From Octopus bimaculoides (lineage: Eukaryota): a stretch of DNA of 38,272 nucleotides. Where the stretch lies: positions 9,091,923-9,130,194 of the forward strand of contig NC_069009.1 of NCBI RefSeq assembly GCF_001194135.2, given 5' to 3'. The notes beneath the pieces were generated by a model, which was not told where the DNA came from, made no database searches, and was given only the letters and a program-made list of their open reading frames with translations. Position numbers and translations under genes: made by a program. Below are positions 1-12,692 of the stretch, one piece after another (the first letter of the stretch is position 1; each line of letters opens with the position of its first letter).

Positions 1-1394
1 CTAAGGTAAGTTCTTATGCTATATTGGTAACGGTTGCTACATCCTCTGGAAAATTATTATATATATATATATATACTATTAAAAATCAAATTGAATCTTG
101 TTTGCTTGCAATGTTATTCAGCCAAACTAGCACATAATGGGAAAATATAATGAATTAAGTTTACCCTGAAACAGAATGAAATAAGTTTCACATAAATCGG
201 TAAAGTGGTTTTTGAGATATTAGAGGTTTTGGGGGTATAAATACCCCAAATGGTGCATAATGGGAAAATGTTCCGAAAATAATCTTCATCCTGTTTACAC
301 GTGATTTTGATGTCACATTCGATGAAAGTATGCAAAATAACCTGGAAAAGATTTGTACTAAAACCCCTGAAGGTAGTGCCCCAAGATGGCCATAGTCGAA
401 TGACTGAAACAAGTAAAAGATAAAATATAATTAAGTCACAGTATTTACAAGAAAAAGCTTCTTAAACTAGAGATGATTTTGTTATGTTTATTTTATTTGC
501 CAAATAAACACATGCACTACATATTTGCTCTTCACTCCTTTATTTTTGTTCTTATTTTATCTTATATCCAGTCTCTGAAAATCTTTCCTCACACATCTGA
601 AATCTGTTGTCACACATCTCTGACCTCTTCAGCAACTACACCATCAATGCGTATCCTCCTATTCTGTTTATTTGGAGAAAAAAAATTGATCATCCCAAAA
701 TATAACAATATCTGTTTCAACTCTTGATTTCACAACAGGAATCTTCTAAAACAAATTCATAAACAAATTCATTAGCTGAATGAATTGATCCCATTTCTTT
801 TTTCCTTTTCTTTTTTGTAAGTTTTGGCCCTCTGGATATGTAGTCATATCCAGAGATCAACTTCCATTGTTTTTACCTGTATAATCCATAGTCTTTCTCT
901 TCTACAGGTTCCTTCTACCAGAGCACTACTTTCCCCAAACATTACTCTTCATATGTATCGCATTCTTGTACCAATGCGATCTTCCCTTTTGCACACATTA
1001 CCTGATTCCTTTTATACCCAGCTTTTCTCTCAACTGTTTTTATTCATTCAGCCTAACATTAGACATTCAACAGAGCATGTTTCATTTGTTTTTTTTTCCT
1101 GCTTTCATGGTTGTTTTCCTTTCTTCATATTTGGTACCTGTGTTCTATTACCATGTAATGCCATCCAATCTACTCTTTACCTGAAGAGAGAATCCCTTGC
1201 AGCTAGCTCCCTAAACTTATTTCTTCTGTGTTCTTACTCTGGCTACTATGCTTTCAGAACACTCCTACTCCACTGCTAATTAGGTCCCCTAGGTAACTGA
1301 AGATGTCAGTCAGTTCTGAGGCTTTTGAAAGAATTTATTTCATGCTTGCTTTTACTGACAACTGTTCTCTCACATCCAAAGTCTTTCTTCTCTT

Positions 1395-1850
1395 TTAGCC
1401 TATCTATGTATCTGTCTGTCTGCCTGTCTGTCCATATAACTGTTCATCTGTCTTCTTTCTCTATTAGCCTGCCTGCCTGTCTGTCTGTATGTCTGCCCAT
1501 CCATCTGTCTGCCTGTCTTTCTTCTCTATCTATCTATCTGTCTGTCCATATAACTGTCCATCTGTCTTCCTTCTCTATTAGCCTGCCTGCCTGTCTGTCT
1601 GTATGTCTGCTCATCCATCTGTCTGCCTGTCAGTCTGCCCATCTACTTGTCCATCTGTCTGGCTGTCTGTCTATCTGTCAGTTTGTCTGTCCATCCATCT
1701 GATCATCTGTCTTTCTGTCAGTTTTCCCTTTCTATTAGCTTATCTATCTGTCTGTTTGTCTGTCAGTCTGTATGTCGTCTGTCTGTTTGTTTTCCTTCTC
1801 TATTAGCCTATGTATCTATCTGTCCACCTGCCTAACTATCTCTGGCCGGC
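1395..1850. repeat. Compound (TCTG/TCTA/TCCA)n microsatellite with a 114-bp higher-order duplication
   Basis: TCCATATAACTG..TTCTCTATTAGCCTGCC unit starts at 1431 and again at 1545. Confidence 0.85.
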
Positions 1851-1933
1851 TGTCTAGATTTGATGGAACAAATAGAAGTAGAACTCAGTGTAGGTGTCCC
1901 TACAAGTTATCAATATGTATCTATTAGTCACAA

Positions 1934-2290
1934 GAGTGGCCATGTGGTAAGAAGCTTGCTTCCTAACCACATGGTTCCGGATTCAGTCCCACTGTATGAC
2001 ACCTTGGGAAAATGTCTTCTACTATAGCCTCAGACTGACCAAAACCTTGTGAGTGGATTTGGTAGACAAACTGAAAGAAGCCCATGTGTGTATCTGTCTG
2101 TTTGTCCCCACACCATTGCTTGACAACTGATGTTAGTGTGTTTACATCCCTGTAACTTAGTTTGACAAAAGGAACCAATAGAATAAGTACTAGGGTTTAA
2201 AAAAAAACGTCCTGGGGTCGATTTGTTTGACCAAAGTCAGTGCTCCAGCATGACCACAATCAAATAACTGAAACAAGTAAAACAATAAAT
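1934..2290 (+). mobile_element. tRNA-derived SINE family A (CORE-like segment, internal TA/TG microsatellite)
   Basis: A-box-like TGTGGTAAG, B-box-like GGATTCAGTCCC, CACCTTGGGAAAATGTCTT segment, tail GACTGAAACAAGTAAAA shared by many copies in the window. Confidence 0.8.
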
Positions 2291-2671
2291 TAGATGAGCA
2301 TCAAACAGAATTGTTTGCCAGTGTGACAGGAAAGGAAATGAAATTTCCTTTCATAATAATAGGCTTTGTCACAGATTGTTCTTCATATGTATCGGGTCTT
2401 GTAGTCAAGATCAACAGCTGGTTGTTGATGAAAGGTTGTTGATGTGTGGCCCATGTGCTACTGATGTGTCTGAATTCATGTTGGCTGGTTTCATTGTTTA
2501 TATTTTCATTTCTGAGAGACCTTATAAAGGTTTTGATTGGTTGCCTTCAACAACCATGTGTGGATCATTTCCTGGTGACATCAGTAAGTTTTGTTGTAAC
2601 TTAGAATCTCTTTTACTTGTTTCAGTCATTGCACTGTGGCCTAGGTTCATGGTATCTGAATAGGAAATGGG

Positions 2672-3070
2672 ATTCTTTTATTCTTTTTCTTGTTTCAGTC
2701 ATGTGACTGTGGCCATACTGGAGCATCACCTTGAGGCTCTTTAGTCAAACAAATCGACCCGAGGACTTATTTTTTTAAAGTCTAATAGTTATTCTATCAT
2801 TCTCCTTTGCAGAACTGCCAAGTCACAGGGATGTAACCACACCAACACTGGTTGTCAAGCAGTGATGGGTGGACAAATACAGACACACACAAACACACAC
2901 ATATATGACAGGCTTCTTTCAGCTTCCATCTACCAAATCCACTCATGAGGTTTTGGTCAGCCCAAAGCTATAGTAGAAGACACTGGCTCAAGTTGCCACA
3001 TGGTGGGACTGAACTTGGAACCATGTGGTTGGGAACCAAGCTTCTTACCACACAGCCATGCCTGTGCTTA
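2672..3070 (-). mobile_element. SINE family A, antisense copy
   Basis: Reverse complement of the family A consensus from CTTGTTTCAGTCA to CCACACAGCC. Confidence 0.8.
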
Positions 3071-3308
3071 TGCACACAGCCACACCTGCACCTTATGCAA
3101 CCATAATATGCTACAAAGTATATTAAAACACTTTATCTGTAGGGATAATCTTAACAAGTGATGGTTATAGATGTAACATTTTTAATCATAGATCTGTTAG
3201 GCCAAGACTAACCTGGGGCTAAACAACAATTACATCAACAACAACAACAGCAACATTGTATTCACAGTCATTAAAAATTCTTCTCTGCCCTCTCTTATTG
3301 TTTCAGTG

Positions 3309-3582
3309 ATGGAGCAGAACGTGTTTGAAACAAGCAACCATCCAAGACACAGCACCATCTGGACCATTAAATGCAAGAACTTTGATGATGTTCTCACTAC
3401 GAAAACATCAACAAGTTGTGTGGCCTGTTTGGTGGAACTGCTTGAAGAACCAAGTTATTTGATTGTCAAGAAGAAATTGGTTCTTAATGAATTTCTACGA
3501 CTCCTACAGAATTGCGAGCAGCTGCCATTGCTAATCACACACAAATACGATGTTCTCAAGAACACAGTCATCATTCTTATAG
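3309..3582 (+). CDS. MEI1: MEI1 coding exon 1 (MEQNVFETSNHPRHSTIW...VIILIG)
   Basis: Acceptor ttattgtttcag ends at 3306, ATG at 3309, donor ATAG|gtttct at 3583 (phase 1). An upstream, probably non-coding, exon is implied but not located. Confidence 0.85.
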
Positions 3583-6500
3583 GTTTCTGTAGTGATTTAT
3601 ATGTTTGTAGTGTGTGTGCATTTCTGTGTATATATGTGCATCATCATCATCGTTTAACATCCGCTTTCCATGCTGGCATGGGTTGGACGGTTTGACTGAG
3701 GACTGGCGAGCCAGATGGCTGCACCAGACTCCAATCTGATCTGGCAGAGTTTCTACAGCTGGATGCCTTTCCTAATGCCAACCACTCCGGGAGTGTAGTG
3801 GGTGCTTTTACGTGCCAACGGCATGGGAGCCAGTCAGCCAGCACTGGCATCGACCACACTTGAATGGTGCTTTTTACATGCCACCGGCACAGGAGCCAGT
3901 CCAGCAGCACTGGCAACGACCTCGCTCGAATGTTGTTTTTCACGTGCCACCGGCACAAGTGCCAGTAAGGTGACGCTAGTAATGATCACTCTTGAATGGT
4001 GCTTTTTACGTGCCACCGGCACAGGAGCCAGTCAGCAGTCCTGGCAATGATCACACTCGGATGGTGATCTTAACGTTCCACTAGCACAAATGCCAGTCAG
4101 GCAGTGCTGTCATTGGCTACATCAGCGAATTTGATTTCAATTTCATGTTTGTGTGAAATGTATAGTAGTTAGTATTCTAGCCATACCGACTCATAAGGGC
4201 TGGTTTCCTGGTTTCATGGTGTATATATTCCCTATCTGGATGGGATGCCAATATGTTGCAAGATTACTCATTTTTGCCGGCTGAGTAGACTGGAGCAGCA
4301 TGAAATGAAGTGTTTTGCTCAAGAACACAATGCATCGCCCGGTCCAGGAATTGAAACCTCAACCTTATGATCATGAGCCCAACACTCTAACCACTCAGCC
4401 ACACACCTCCACAGTAGTCAGTATTAGTAACTGTTTTGTTGTTTAACCACAGGTCAGTTTTGTTCCAGCTATAACCATCTTATCTTTAATTCAGGATATG
4501 ATGTATCTAGGACTATACTAGCTAATTACAATGTTGTTGTAGTCAGATGTTGTAGTTGTGTGTATATATGTGCATGTGATGTGAGTTTATGTGTGAGATT
4601 GTGAACATTTGTATGTATGAGTGTATGTTGTATCTGTGTGTATGTATGTAGTAAGAAGGCAAGATTGCAGAATGGTTAGTACACTGAACAAAATGCTTAG
4701 CAGCGTTTCATCTGTCTGTATGTTCTGAGTTCAAATTCTGCCATGGTCAACTTTGCCTTTCATCCTTGTGGGGTCAAGGAAATAAGTACCAGTTGAGCAC
4801 TGGGGTTAGTGTAATTGACTTACTTCCTTCCTTGAAATTGCTGGGCTTGTGCCAAAATTTAAAACCATTATTATTATAGGCGCAGGAGTGGCTGTGTGGT
4901 AAGTAGCTTGCTTATCAACCACATGGTTCTGGGTCCATTCCCACTGTGTGGCACCTTGGGCAAGTGTCTTATACTATAGCCTCGGGCCGACCAAAGCCTT
5001 GTGAGTGGATTTGGTAGACGGAAACTGAAAGAAGCCCGTTGTATATATGTATATATATGTGTATGTATATGTTTGTGTGTCTGTGTTTGTCCCCCCAACA
5101 TCGCTTGACAACCGATGTTGGTGTGTTTACGTCCCCGTAACTTAGTGGTTCGGCAAAAGAGACCGATAGAATAAGTACTAGGCTTCCAAAGAATAAGTCC
5201 TGGTGTCGATTTGCTCAACTAAAGGCCGTGCTCCAGCGTGGCCACAATCAAATGACTGAAACAAGCAAACGAGCAAAGAGCAACCCTTTAGCATTTCCAT
5301 TATCCTGTCAAAATTGATACTTTTTTTATTCACATTGTTTTGAATTAATCAAGAATTATCTTCTGGCTTTGAAATTCTGATATAGTAACTTAATTTTTAG
5401 AATTTTTATTGTAGGGTTGGTGTGAGAGACCAAATCTGGCCACTTTGAGTATAAAACAGTTTGAGTATAAAACAGAATATTTTAGTTGGGTATGGCTTTA
5501 GTTTAAATGCTAAAGGATTAGGGTGGTGAGCTGACAAAATTGTTAGTACACCAGACAAAATACTTAGTACCATTTCATGTCTTTATGTTCTCAGTTCAAA
5601 TTCTGCCAAGGTCTGTTTTGCCTTTTATCCTTATGGGGTTCATAAAATAAGTACTAATTGATCACTGAGGTTGATGTAATCAACTAGCTCTCACCTTTCA
5701 GGCCTTGTACGTCATCATCGTCATTTAACATCTTCTTTTCATACCGGCATGGGTTGGACAGTTTGACAAGAGCTGGATGGGACACCAGTCCATCGCAGGA
5801 TTACTCATTTTTGCCAGCTGAGTGGACAGGAGCAACATGAAATGAAGTGTTTTGCTCAAGAACACAACACATCGCCTGGAATTGAAACCACAATCTTACG
5901 ATCATGAGTCCAACACCCTAACCACCAAGCCATGTGCCTCCACAATCTTTAGTACTAGTGACTAATTGAATGCCCTCAAAATTGATTGATCCCCTCCCCT
6001 CCAAATTCAGCTCAACACAAAACATTGCTAACAAGAGATCTACTCTGTAGTTACTCAACCTGCTAACAATAGCAGCCAAGTCTTCTTCAAATCTCAGCAA
6101 ACTTACTTTTAAAAAGTAAGAGCAATGGATTATGTTGTCCTATGTACACTACATCTAAACAGGATGGGATGGTCGTGGTTGGAACATATTTGATCATAGG
6201 TCTGCTGAATGAGGATGGCCATGGGCTTAAACAGCAACAGCGACTGTAACCATCAATATTAACTATTATACATTAGATAATGTAATCCTAGATACACTAT
6301 GTCTGAATAAAAAGATGGGATGGTTACATCTTTGATTATAGGTCTGCTGGATCAATACTGACCTACAGCTGCTAAACAACAACAACAACTGTGTATACTG
6401 TTTATATTAGTCAAACTGGTGTCCCCGTTTTGATTGTTGCTTTCACTCCATTTTGGCTGTTGTACACTCTGACCTTCCTCAGGTGTCTTGTGTTGAACTC

Positions 6501-9500
6501 TGTTGTTATACCAGATACAACTGGTTTCAGCACAAACCACCTCAATAATTCTGGAGAGTACAACAGCTGAAACGTGGTGAAAGAACAATTGAGATGAGGA
6601 TACCAGTCTGCTTAATATAAACAGTATACATAATATAAGTACCCTCATCTCATAAATATTGAATTGAACAACAACTGTAACCATTATTACAAATTTCTGT
6701 TGTCTTATTTGAATTCTAGGTTTATTAGAAGTGACTGAAGAGAATTTTCTGGCATCAGTCATTGAAGGTAAACTTATTTCTTTACTTACATGCCATAAAT
6801 GTTTGTGTGTAAATGGGTGATTTAAAAAAATCTTTTAGTTAAGGGGGAAGACAGTAATAGACCCTTTTACAAGGTCTCCAAGGTTGGTGGGAGGGAGGGA
6901 GGAAGCAGGGTATCTTCAAATGGGGACACTTAGCCTGAATACTTGTAATAGGGTGGACTCTACTAAAAGCACCCCAGATGTCAGGTTGTTGTTTAACCCT
7001 GTCATGCTACAGTGGAAATGGCTTAAATGTCATCTCGGCTGGATTTCCAGTTAAGTGGTAATGAACAACATATGTAGAAAAAGGAGATGCATCTGATTCT
7101 GTATATTAGTTTGCCTGCAATTGTTGCTCTTGAGCTGTGTATGCTTGCTTGCTTGATAGGGCTGAGGTCAGTCCAAGTTAGTGATCTCAGAGATGTCATC
7201 ATGCATTGAGCTGACCAGGTCCACCAGTGTTCTCCATCACTGGTAGTCCAATGCCAGGCTCTCTGCATCCTCCAAGGTGACACCAAGCTGCTGAAGATCT
7301 TTCTTAATCATGTCCAGCCATCTGGTGCAGGGCCTGCCATGAGGCTTCTTCTAGCTCACAGCTACTGGGTCAAATGAGAGTATAGCCCTGGTAGGATGAT
7401 CTAGCAGGAGATAGAGAACATGTCTGTACCAGTGCATGCAATGGATAGCTCTGAGTTGAGAGGCTGCTGGCTGACACATGCGCGTATGCAATTCTTTGTT
7501 GGAAACAATGGTACCATCTGATGTTCTTGAAGCATCACTTGACAACCAATGTTGGTGTGTCTATGTCCCCATAAAATAGCGGTTCAGCAAAAGAGACCGA
7601 TAGAATAAGTAGTAGGCTTACAAAGAATAAGTTCTGGGGTTGATTTGTTTGACTAAAGGCACTGCTCCAGCATGGCTGCAGTCAAATGACTGAAACAAAT
7701 AAAAGATTTAAAAGATTAAAAGAGTATATATATATATATATATATATGTGGAAAGCGGACGTTAAATGATATATATATATATATATAGACTAAGATTTAA
7801 ATCAAACATCATATATTCTCTGTACATTTTCAACATTTTACTATTTCAATTCTGTAACATTATTTGTTTAGGTTAACAAAGATTTATATATACATATATA
7901 CACACATACACACACATGTATATATAGTATTATATTATGTATATGTCACTCATCACTTCTCTATCACCTGAGAGCAGAATAGGTGCATACTACATCCTCC
8001 CCGCTTTCTCAGTTACCTCTTTTCCTCCTCTCCACCAAACTACTTCCATTTCTCATTATCTTCCCCCACCTACTGTTTCCACCAATCACCTTCTTCCCAC
8101 CTGCCCCCTGGCTGTTATCCATCATTAGCATCTTGCTTATCTGCTATCACCCTCAGTGTCCTCACATATCTACTGCAACCCATGCCCCTGAACCACTCTT
8201 AGGTTTCTCTCCATTATTCACTACAATCACCTGTGTGTGTGTGTGTGTGTGTGTCTACTCATTACTTTTCTCTCTCCGTTTTTTTCCGTCCTTTCTCCAT
8301 TTTTTCGTCCTCTTAACCCTTTCTGTCAAAGAGCATAGGCTTGAAACATCAAAGACTTTTCCATTCTTCCTGAGTGTCAAACTAATATACCTGCTTGTTG
8401 TTCCCTCACCTGTATTTGTCTTTTGTTTTCTGTAAATTTGAACTGTGCATATATTTATATATATATATATCGTGAAGTATATTTTCCACCTAAATGTGGC
8501 AGACCCATAGATGCAGTGTGTATATGTAGATGACTGTGTGATAAGAAGTTTGCCTCTGAACCATATGGTTCCAAGTTCAGTCCCAGTACATGGCACCTTG
8601 GGAAAATGTCTTCTACTCTAACCTCAGGCTGCCCAAAACCTTGTGAGTGGATTTGGTAGACAGAAACTGAAAGAAACCCATGTGTGTGTGTGTGTATGTG
8701 CACATGCATGCATGCGTGTGTGTGTCTTTGTGTCTGTCTTTGTCCTCTCTCACTGCTTAACAACCAGTGTTGATGTGTTTATGTCCCTATAAAAAGGGAC
8801 CAACAAAATAAATACCAGGCTTAAAAAACAAAGTAGTCATTTGGCAAAAGAGACCAATACAATAAGCATCAGGCTTAAAAGAAATAAAGTAAGCACTTCG
8901 GTCGATTTCATTCAACTATAATTCTTCAAGGTGATGTCCCAGCATGGTTACAGTCTGATGGCTGAGAGATGTAAAGGATAAATGAAAAAATTGTCATCAT
9001 TGTCATTTTATGTTCGTTTTTCATGGTGGTATTGTTTCTATGATTGGATACCCTTCTTAACACATCCCATTTTACAGAGTGCATTGAATGAGTTTCTTCT
9101 GTGGCACCAGCACTGTAGGGGTTGTCTTGTCCTCAGGAAGACAAATGAACCCTCTCAAGCTCTGTATTGTCACTCCTCATTTAGTTTACCTCCCATTTTT
9201 CTTGCAGCACCAGCACTAGTGAGGTCACCTTGTTGCTGATAAGGCAAAATAGAATCCCTTTCACTAGGACCAAAAGACTAGAAGTTAAAGTTTGATGGAA
9301 AAAAGGTAGAGATGCTGCAAGTCTACAAGAGTTTTGTCAAAGTATGCATAGGGGTTAGTATTCACATAGTGTTGGAATATGTGTTGGGGAAGTTTATGTG
9401 TAAGTTTTTTTTTTTTTTCGTGAAATAGAGATGACAGCCCTTACAGTGCTGATGCCACAAAAGAAACTCATCCAATACACTCTGTAAAATGGGAGGTGTT

Positions 9501-9859
9501 AAGAAAGGCATCCAGTCATAGACATTAATGGCCCTGGCTCTTCTATACCACCCTTGGCCTGAATAGTTACCTCAGGCACCAGCCCCCTTTGCATCCATCA
9601 AGATGAAGTTCAATCACTTACTACAGATTAACTACTTAGATATGAGTTAATGCTGCCGGCAATATGTAATACATATATATTTATAGGTGTGGCTATGTAG
9701 TCAGAAGCTTGCTTCCAAACCACATGGTTCAGGGTTCAGTCCCACTGTGTGCCACCTTCAGCAAGTATCTTCTGCTATAGCCTTGTGCTAACCAAGACCT
9801 TATGTGTAAATTTGGTTGATAGAACTGAAAGCAGCCTATCACATATATATATATGCATG

Positions 9860-9911
<52 letters not shown>

Positions 9912-11050
9912 TTGAACCTAAGAAGCATCAGTTGTGGTGTGCAAGAGAGACATTTGCGCTGGTATGGGCATGTGGCGAGAATGGATAAAGACAGCTGTGT
10001 GAAAAAGTGCCGCATCCTAGCAGTTGTGGGAACCTATGGAAGAGGTAGGCCCAGGAAGACCTGGGATGAGGTGGTGAGGCATGACCTTCGAACATTGGGC
10101 CTCACCGAGGCAATGACTTCTGACCGAGATCCTTGGAAATATGCTGTGCGTGAGAAGACCCGGCAAGCCAAGTGAGACCTAAATCCAAGGCCTCTGCCAG
10201 GGGTGTAGCCAGCCCACTTATGCGTACCTTCCTACGTTGGACACTAAACTCGGCTTGCGAAGACCTGTTGAGGCAAGTGAAATCGAACTAATTTCAACGG
10301 ATAGCACCCATGCCAATGTCGTCTCCTTCATTGGACACAGAAACTCGGCTTGCGANNNNNNNNNNNNNNNNNNNNNNNNNNNNNNNNNNNNNNNNNNNNN
10401 NNNNNNNNNNNNNNNNNNNNNNNNNNNNNNNNNNNNNNNNNNNNNNNNNNNNNNNNNNNNNNNNNNNNNNNNNNNNNNNNNNNNNNNNNNNNNNNNNNNN
10501 NNNNNNNNNNNNNNNNNNNNNNNNNNNNNNNNNNNNNNNNNNNNNNNNNNNNNNNNNNNNNNNNNNNNNNNNNNNNNNNNNNNNNNNNNNNNNNNNNNNN
10601 NNNNNNNNNNNNNNNNNNNNNNNNNNNNNNNNNNNNNNNNNNNNNNNNNNNNNNNNNNNNNNNNNNNNNNNNNNNNNNNNNNNNNNNNNNNNNNNNNNNN
10701 NNNNNNNNNNNNNNNNNNNNNNNNNNNNNNNNNNNNNNNNNNNNNNNNNNNNNNNNNNNNNNNNNNNNNNNNNNNNNNNNNNNNNNNNNNNTGATGATGA
10801 TATATATATATTTTTGTGTGTACGTTTGTGTGTGTCCTTGTGTCTGTTTGTCCTCCCATCAACTGGTGTTGGTGTGTTTACGCCCCTGTAAATTAGCAGT
10901 TTGATAAAAGAGATCAATGGAATAACTTCCAGGCTTAATACAAAAAAAGTGAAAAATAGTACTGGGGTTGAGTCATTCAACTAAAATTCTTCAAGGTGGT
11001 ACCCCAGCATGGCCACAGTCTAATGGTTGAAACAAGTAAAAGATAAAAGA

Positions 11051-11092
<42 letters not shown>

Positions 11093-12656
11093 TCATGGAG
11101 GCAATGACTGAGACCTTTGCCATTATGTCATGCTTGAGAAGAAGGCCCATCAAGCTGAGCAAATACTGGTCTCACGCAAATGGCACCCATGCCGGTAGCA
11201 TGTAAAAGCACCCATTACACTCACAGACTTGTTGGTGTCAGGAAGGGCATCCAACCGTAGAAAGCCAAATCAGACTGGAGTCTGGTGCATCTTACCAGCT
11301 CTAGTCAAGCTGTCCAACCCATGCCAGCATAGACAATGGACATTAAATGATGATGATATATATACATATAATGTAGTTGTTGATTATCACTGGTCAGGGA
11401 GTTATCATTGGTTTCACACCTCTTGTGCTCTTAGCAATATAGGCAACCAATCAAACCTACAGATGAGAGGTGTATAACCTCTCTACTACTGGAGGTAGAA
11501 ATACAATCTTGGTCAGTTGAGGTTGTTAAAAAACCCCTTGAAATGAAGTTCTGTTATGTGACATTTCTTCCGGGAAATATGGAGTTATATATATAGGCAC
11601 AGGTGTGGCTGTGTGGTAAGAAGCATATTTTCCAACCACATAGTCTGGGGGTTTAGTCCTATTGTGTGGCACCTAGAACAAATGTCTTATATTATAGCTT
11701 TGGGCCAACCAAAGCCTTGAGTGGATTTGGTAGATGGAACCTGAAAGAAGCCCGTCATATATATGTGCCTATGTGTGTGCGTGTGTGTGTGTATCCCACC
11801 ACCACTTGACAACCAGTGTTGGTGTGTTTACATCCCCATAATTTAGTAGATTGTTAAGAAAGACTGATAGAACAAGTACCAAGCTTAAAGACTAAAATAC
11901 TTGAAGGCAGTGCCCCATCATGGCTGCACTCTAATGACTGAAACAAGCAAAAGATAAAAGGATATATATATATATACATATATCAAACATTGGGTCTCAT
12001 GGAGCCAATGACAGGTGCCAGTGACCTTTGGCAATGTGCCATGCTTGAGAAGACACATCAAACTAAGTGAAATCGTAGTTATGGCTGATGCCAGTGTCGC
12101 ATGACTGGTACTCCTACTGGTGGCATGTATGAAGCATGAAGCACCCTTGGCACTTTGGGCCTCACGGAAGCAGTGATGAGTGACCAAGACTGTACTTGAG
12201 AAGATCTGTCAAGCCAATGTGAGGTCATAGTTGTGGCCAATACTGGTATTTTGTAACTGGCACATAAAAGGCACCCAGTGCATTCTTGGGGTGGTTGGTG
12301 TTTGGAAGGGTGTCCAGCTATAGAAACCATGCTAAATCAGATTGGAACCTAGTGCAGATCCCCAGCCACCAGTTTTTAGTCAAACCATCCAACCGACGCC
12401 AGCATGGAAAATGGAAGTTAAATGATGATGATATATATATATATATANNNNNNNNNNNNNNNNNNNNNNNNNNNNNNNNNNNNNNNCATAAGAGGAATCC
12501 ACTCATGGGATTCCTTACGCTAGAAAGAACAGCTAGGTTCCAGAACCACAAAAATTAGGGATAAAATCCCAAAAGAAACGAAATGAAAAATTAAAACTTT
12601 TATACGCTAGGAAGTGAAAATTTTTATTAATTTCCATTTTCCTTTGATATAATTAA

Positions 12657-12692
<36 letters not shown>

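Noticed and set aside
100-370. Helitron-like non-autonomous repeat
   Set aside because: Only a vague resemblance; no diagnostic termini identified.
2375-2433. Possible upstream exon (cag|ATTG...GAAAG|gt)
   Set aside because: Weak splice signals and no homology; cannot be supported without RNA data.
10218-10980. Long poly-X ORFs here and at the other N gaps
   Set aside because: Artefacts of reading through Ns. Only the Tc1 case (16368-17441) has recognisable protein at both ends.
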